Assembly (NCBI GenBank): GCA_943704415.1
Contig: CALSCO010000655.1
Location: 1 to 42,250, forward strand
Direction of reading: 5' to 3'
From: Parvularia atlantis
Taxonomy: Eukaryota
Length of the DNA: 42,250 nt
The notes below the pieces were generated by a model. The model did no database searches. It was not told the origin of the DNA and was given only the letters and a program-made list of their open reading frames with translations. Positions 33,682 to 42,250 of the stretch are shown piece after piece. The translations under genes and the position numbers were made by a program. Position 1 is the first letter of the stretch. Each line of letters opens with the position of its first letter.

Positions 33682-36600
33682 ATGGCCGCCGTCGTGTCGA
33701 ACCTCGAGCGCCTCGTCGCGCACGTCCTCGACGGCGCGCGGCCGGGCGCAGCGGACACGCAGCCGCCGCCCACGCCGGCGCGCGCCGGGCTGCTCGCGTA
33801 CCTGGGCGAGGTACTGGCGAGGTGCGTTGCCGCGCACCGGGCGAGCTCGCGCTGAGATCTGCGTGCGATTGCAGCCGCCTCGCGCCCGCTGAGCCGTTGG
33901 ACGAGGCACACCTTCTAGACGTGATCCGCCGGCGACGTGCGCTGCGGCGGCGCAGCACCCGTCGGCGTGGCTGACGCGGTCGCCGGCAGTGCTGCGCAGA
34001 GACCCGACGGCCGAGAGCACGCTGCGCTTCACCGAGCTGCACCAGCGCCTCGTCGAGCTGGTCTGTTGGCCGTGTTGCCGACGCGGCGCGTGCTGACGGG
34101 CGGCGACGACGCACAGGGGCTGCTGCGCAACCGCGCCGCGATGCTGTACCTGCTGTACGCGCTGGCCGAGCAGACGCCGCCGTCGACGGTGCGCCCTGTG
34201 CCGCAACCGCCCGCCCTCGCTGAAGCTTTCGTGCGCGCGAGCAGTTTGTCGAGCGCCCGTTCGGCATGGCGTCGCTGCAGCCGTCGGCCGCGCCGCTCGA
34301 GGGCAACACGCGCGAGCTGATCGCCTCGGCCGAGCACAGCGTCGCGGCGCGCAAGCCGCCGGCCGTGCACATCATCGGCTTTGACGAGTACAACCGGCAG
34401 CTGAAGGGTGCGCTGGCGGCGCGCAGACGGGTGCGCAAGGGCTCACACGCGCACGCGCACGCGCAGCCAACCACCTGAACGAGACGGACCTGCTGCGCGA
34501 TGTGCTGTTTGTGCTGCAGGGCATCGACGGGCGCGTGGTGCGGTACGAGCGCACACTTGACGGCTTCGCACTCGACGTCGGCGACCGCGTGCGTGCGCCG
34601 TGCACGATTCTGAGGCCCTGGCCTCACGCGCGCGAGCGCGCACCCCAGGCGGCCGTCTCCATGCCGATGCGCCGCCTCCTGCTCGGTCTGGCCGAGCTCG
34701 GCTGGCACTACCGGCGCGTGACGCAGCTGCTTCAGAAGCAGAAGGGCCTCGTTGACGCGGGCCTCGTGTCGCAGGTGCGCTCGCACCCCTCACGCTGACG
34801 CCAGCAGTGCAAACACCCGAGCCGGGCGCCGCACAGAGCCTGTGCCTGGCCGTGGACGAGGAGCTGCTCGAGTACCACCGGCTGCTTGTCGTGCTCGAGA
34901 GCCAGCTTGGTGCGACTGCGCGCACGGCCGGTGATGGGGGCAACGCTGACCGAGCGCGCGCGCGCACGCACACTCAGAGGCCGAGCGATCAGACGAGCAG
35001 CTGACCGGGCTCACGCTCAAGCGCCTGCTCGTGTGGGTGCAGGAGCCGCTCGTGCGCCTCAAGATGCTCAGCGTGATCCTCGACGGCTGCCAGGGTGCGC
35101 GCGGCGCGCCAGGTCGCTCGCCGCACCGACTGGACCCGCGCGCGGCGCAGGCCTCAAGGGTGGCGCGCTCGTGTCGGGCGTGCACGGCTATGTCCGCCAC
35201 GGCGACCCAGCCGTGAGCGGGCTCGTGCACCGGCTGCTGCGGCGGGTGCGTGCCGGCTGCTCTGGCGGCGAGTGCAGCTGATACAGACGCGTCGCTACCA
35301 GACGTGCCAGCCGTACTTTGAGATGCTGCGCAAGTGGGTCGTCGAGGGCCAGCTGATGGACGTCCACGCCGAGTTCTTCGTGCTCGAGCAGCGCCTCGAC
35401 CGCGACGCGTGGACCAGCCTGTACCACGTGCAGCCGGAGCTCGTGCCATCCTTTTTCTCGCCGTCGCTCGTGCGGCAGGCGCGTTGCGTTGCCAGTGCTC
35501 TGTGCCGTGGTGTGGTAACGCGCGCGCGCAGTTGTTCTCGATCGGGCGCTCGCTCAACTTCCTGCGCGACGTCTGCGGCGACAAGGACTGGTCGCTCCTG
35601 CGCGCTCTCGAGGCGAGCGGGACACCGCTGCCGGACGATGCGCGTTGGTTGAGCTACGCGGATCTGGTCGCGCTCGGGCGCGTGGTCGGCAGCATCGACG
35701 CGGCAGTGTCGACGCACCTGCTCGACGTGATCCGCACCAAGCACGAGCTGATGGTGCATCTGCGCGGTGCGTCCGACACGCGTGGCCGGGCACGGGCGAG
35801 CGACACTGAGCGGTTGCCGCGCGCAGGCATGAAGCAGTACCTGTTGATGGGCCAGGGCGACTTTGTGCAGATGCTGATGGAGATGCTCTGGTGCGCTCGG
35901 TCGCACACGCGTGCCGACCCAACGCGCGATGCACAGGGACGACCTCGGCAAACCCGCGTCGAAGCTGATGCCGCACCAGCTGACGAGTGCGCGCGTGCTG
36001 TGCCCGCGAACGGGCTTGCTGACCACTGCCGCCACCACAGGCACGCTGCATTCGGCCGTGCGCAGCTCCAATGCGCAGAACGACCACCCGGAGGTGCAGC
36101 GGCGGCTGGGCGTGCGGCTGCACGAGGTGCGCGCGCCCGTGCGGTCGAAGTGGCTGCGTTCGAGCCTAAGCACATGCGCGTGCACGCGTCTCAGATCTCG
36201 GCGGGCGAGAGCGGCTGGGACGTGTTCTCGCTCGACTACCACGTCGACCCGCCGCTGTCGAGCGTGTTCACGCGCGCGGCCATGGTCAGCTACTACCGCG
36301 TGTTCACGTTCCTGTGGAAGATCCGGCGCATCGAGTTTGCGCTCAACCGGTCGTGGCGGCTGCTCGTCGGCGTGCAGTGCGTTTGCGGGCCGGCGTGCTC
36401 GTCTCTGCTTGACGCACACGCATTTGCGCGCAGGCCTGTTGCCGAACTCAGGCAGGAGCTGCACGCGCTTTTCCTGTTGCGGGCCGAGATGTCGCACATG
36501 CTCTCCGAGTTCCAATACTACGTGCTGATTGAGGTGCGCCGCGCCGGCGTTCGTCGACAGCGCTCAGGCGCGGTCGCCGCGTGACGCAGGTCCTCGAGTG

Positions 36601-37267
36601 GTCGTGGGATGAGCTGCTGCGCGACATGGCCGAGGCCAAGGACTTTGACGCGGTCATCGACGCGCACCAGCGCTACATCCGCTCGCTCACGAGCAAGGCC
36701 CTGCTGGACGAGGCGTCCAAGCCGCTGCGCACGCGGCTCAACTCGCTGCTGCTGGCGATTCTGCAGTTCTACCACCTCGTCGTGCGTGCAGGCGAACGCG
36801 GGCAAAGCGCCGGCTCACCCACGCCACGGCGGCGCGGCAGGGGAGCGTCACGACGCTGCTCGACACGGAGCAGCGGCGGCGCGAGGCGCTGCAGGCGCAC
36901 GTGGACGAGCGCACGAAGCGCGGCGGGTGGGGCACGACGCGCGGCAGCAAGCCCGGCGAGGCGCTGCCCGAGGCCGTCGTGCAGGGCGAGCTGCCACCGC
37001 TGCGCGCCAAGCTCGCCGCGGTCACGGCTGACTTCCGGGTGCGTCGTCGTGTGGCGCTCTTGCAATCTTGACCGTTGACGCGCGCGCAACACCCAGGCGC
37101 ACCTGCAGGTCTTCCTGGTCGAGATCGGCAGCGCACCCGTCGCCGCACACCTGCCGCTGCAGACCCTGCGCGCGCGCCTCGACTTCAACGACTTTTACGC
37201 GGCCGGCGCGCCCGCGGCGCTGCTCGGCGGCGGGTCGGTCGGGTCGGGTGGCAGCGGGTCCCGGTGA
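33682..37267 (+). CDS. TUBGCP3: Gamma-tubulin complex component 3 (GCP3/Spc98)
   Basis: LLRDVLFVLQGIDG, LAELGWHY, QSLCLAVDEELLEYHRLLVVLESQ, LTLKRLLVW, KGGAL...HGDP, SIGRSLNFLR, KQYLLMGQGDF, GWDVFSLDYHVDPPL, RLDFNDFY; TGA at 37265-37267. Confidence 0.92.
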
Positions 37268-37609
37268 CTCCACTTGTGACTCGACAGGGTCGGTGTAATC
37301 TTTGAGGGCTAGTCGATCGACGCCGGGGCACGCGCATGGTTCTCGCTGGTCGCGGCGTCGGTCAACAGCGTCGGGGCGGTGCCCAGCCAGCGCGTGGTCA
37401 TGGCTTGTGGTTTCTGCGTGTACGCGCGCAGCGGGCACAGCAGGCCCGGCACGCGCGCGCGAGCGGGGGCAAAACGCCGGCGAAACGACGCGTGCGCCAC
37501 GAGCGCGGCGCTGCAGACGTGGGCGGCGTCGGCGCTGCCCAGCTGAGTTGTACCTCCTCCAACTGTGCATGTCAGCCTGAGCATTGCACTGCGCTGCGTT
37601 GCGACATGA

Positions 37610-40189
37610 TCACACGATGATAAACTCGATCGTGATGTTGGTCGAGAGGAACAGCAAGTAGAAGACGATGAGGATGATGCCGTAGACGCGGCTGCCCTGG
37701 AAGCCGTTGAAGACGATGAAGCAGAGCGAGAACGTGAGCGAGGTCAGGAGCCCCGCAAACGCGGTCCAGATCGCCGGCGTGATCTGCAGCGGGTAGGCTG
37801 CGCCGCACGTGACGAGCTTGGACGTGAACCCGACGCCGAGGCCCATGACAAGGTCTGCGGGCCGCGCGGTGAGCACTCATGGCGTGCAGCACCGCTCGGA
37901 CGCACTCAGCAGCGGGCCGGCGAAGGCTGCGCTCACGCCGATGCCCGGGTACCCCTTGCGCGCGAGCGACGGGTTCGAGACGAGGTCGCCGATGCTGTTG
38001 CCCCAGGCCAGCACGGTCAGGCCCAGGATGACGTCGCTCAGGTTCATGAGCCGTCCGAGCGACTGCGCACCGGCACGCACGGTGAGACGCTGCTGCGACC
38101 CCTGCCGGCGGACAACGCACCTGCAGCAGGCCGATCAGCTCGCCGCAGATCGTATACAGCCACAGGGCTGCCATGACGAAGCCTAGGATGAAGGCGTACT
38201 GCGCACGGCCGGGCTCAGCAGCCGCACGCGCACACGCCTGCACATGCGCACCCGGAACGCCAGTGGTGCCTGCGTCGTCTTTGTGGTCACAAACACGGCC
38301 GTCATGAGCACGATGCCCAGCGAGATCGCCACAACCCACGCCGGCAGGTACTCGGTGCCGATGGGCACCTGCACGACTGCGATTGCGCGGGCAGTGCGTC
38401 AGCGGCAGCAGCGCGTTCCGTGCGAGCGACGACGCACGGGCCGTCGCCGTGATGGCCCACATCGGCATGCACATCATGTTGATCATAAACAGCCACTTGT
38501 TCCAGCGCAGGTCCGTCCGGTGCACGTCCACCACTGGCACAGTGATGGCCAGGGCAAACAGCACGGGCGCTGCGCCTCATCTGTCAGTCCCGGCACGGTG
38601 CGTGCACGCGCGCTCGGCACGCGCACCGGCAATGATCATGTACACGCGCTTCATCCAGGTGGCCTCCTCCCAGTCGTACACGATCGGCAGCAGCAGCTGG
38701 AGTAGCGACTTGGTCTGTGCAGGCGGCGTCAGCGCACCCGGCCGCCACGCCACTAGGCCGGCCGCACACCTCTTCCGACTCCTCGAACGGCTGCGGCACG
38801 TCCTACCAGCAGCCATGCGATCAGCACGCGCAGAACCTCCAGGGACGAGGCACGCACCGGCTCCCACTCCTGGTGCGCGTACGGCTTGAGCAGAGCCTGC
38901 TGCTCCTCCGCGATGACGTCGCTGGCGTTGACGGCCGTCTGGCTGCTCGATCTGAACGGGTCCCAGGTGTTGAGACGCTTGCTCTCTGCAAGGCACGTGC
39001 GTGAGCACAAACATGGCCCCGCACGCACGCTGCGTCGCCGCACCGCCAGCGACGCTCTCGCTCATGCTCTTCATGCGCAGGTGGATGATGCGACCAAAGA
39101 CGACGATAAGCACGTAGGTCACGTAGACGCAGATGAGCACGATCGACTCGGCCAGCACGATTTGACCGTCGAGGACCATGAAGAGCATGTAGATGACCAT
39201 CGTGAGGTAGATGAGCACGTCGCGCAGGAACGGCCGGCGCGTGAGCTTGAACGGGGCGATGAGCGAGATGATGCCGACGACGACCGTCGTCACAAACGTG
39301 CCTGCGCCTGCCGTCGCGGCGTGGTCAGCCACCGCGTTGCGCGCCCTGCCAGAGCACGCGCGCACCGACGAGCTGGCTTACGGCGAGGTTGGCTTTGCCC
39401 TGATTGATGGCCAGCACGCTACCGACGAGGTCCGGCGCCGAGTTGGCCAGGGCGAGGAAGGTCACCTGCGCGATCTGGTGTGAGCGGCGCCCTGCGTCGC
39501 AGGGCGCCGGCAGACGCACGCCGGCCACGTTCTGCGACAGGCGCAGCGTCTGCACGATGGCCTCCATCTGCGGCACGAAAAAGTCCTCGGCCGACATCCC
39601 CAGCCAGATGAAGATAAACACGATCATCGCGATCTGGCGGCGGGCGGCAAATAGGGTCAACGCGATGCATTGGCGCGCGCGTCCGCTAAACGCACCTGGA
39701 TGATGTACGACAGCCACTCGACGTTGTACATCGAGCAGTAGTGCCACTGCATAAAGTTGAGGTTGCTCTCGGCCGAGCAGCTCTCCTGCACGTACGCGCA
39801 CAGGTCGGGCTGCGTCGTCACGACTGTGCGCGCGCGTGCGGCCGGTGAACGCGTGTCTCTGGGCTCGCGCAAGCGCACGCACACGACCGCTCGCACTTTT
39901 CCTGCAGCCGAGCGCGGCGTCAGTGCACGGGCAATGCGGAGCAGTGAAGCGGCGCGCGCACCACGTCCTCGTCGCTCGCGACCTCGCAGTACTCGTCGTT
40001 GGACCGCGCGTGCAGGCCCCTGCAGATCGTGCGTCACGCGCAGAGCGCGCGACAGGGCGCACGCACGCACCGCCCGCTCATCAGATGCGTCAGCCAGCCT
40101 GGTGCGCTCGGTGTGGCCGCCGCCGCGACGGTCGCGAGGGCCACCAGCGCCACCGCGAGGGCGACGAACGTGACCCAGGCGCGCTGCAT
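37610..40189 (-). CDS. Cation/Ca2+ exchanger of the CCX/NCLX (SLC8B1) family
   Basis: N-terminal signal/TM segment; AEDFFVPQM...LRLSQNVAGVTFLALANSAPDL (alpha-1), RRPFLRDV, ILGLTVLAWGNSIGDL and AAFAGPLLN (alpha-2). About 14 introns. Confidence 0.88.
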
Positions 40190-40387
40190 CACGTGCCCGG
40201 CCCTCCAACGCGTTTAGTGTTCACCCGGGTGAAATCGGTGCTCGTGGCTTTTCTCTCCCTCTCGGTCCGCTGCGGTCACCCTGTCCGCGTCGCCCGCGCC
40301 TGACGCCGCGCGCCGCCGCCGCCCCCCTCGCAGAGCTGCCCGCGTTCACCAGCCGCCCTCTGCCGTCGACAACAGAGGGGGGAAATC

Positions 40388-42250
<1,863 letters not shown>

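Overview
This is very GC-rich, gene-dense eukaryotic nuclear DNA. Genes are split by many short spliceosomal introns (mostly about 50-80 nt; donor GTGCG/GTACG, branch CTGAC/CTCAC, acceptor CAG or sometimes AAG), so the six-frame ORF track shows only exon fragments and GC-driven false ORFs. Manual splicing gives 17 protein-coding genes: a partial AT-hook protein, galactokinase, a YY1 orthologue, an NST1-like protein, a MARCH5-like RING-CH ligase, a secreted bacterial-like protein, a small membrane protein, a DAAM-like formin, an ankyrin-repeat IRE1-like kinase, SOSS-B/NABP, a degenerate double-AAA ATPase, a MOV10/SDE3 helicase, kynurenine aminotransferase, ATPase inhibitor IF1, a LEU5/SLC25A16 carrier, GCP3 and a CCX/NCLX exchanger, plus a partial SAM-DDX3/Ded1 helicase at the right edge. 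The mix of animal-type and fungal-type genes suggests a unicellular opisthokont or close relative (inference). The strongest leads are: an RNase L-like ankyrin+IRE1-type kinase with no RNase domain; a YY1 that keeps the REPO/2W-hairpin motif; a SAM-DDX3 fusion; co-directional genes only 10 and 43 nt apart (possible polycistronic expression); and at least nine GC-AG introns sharing one strict context. No RNA genes, CRISPR arrays or mobile elements were recognised. All family assignments come from motif recognition by eye, not database searches.
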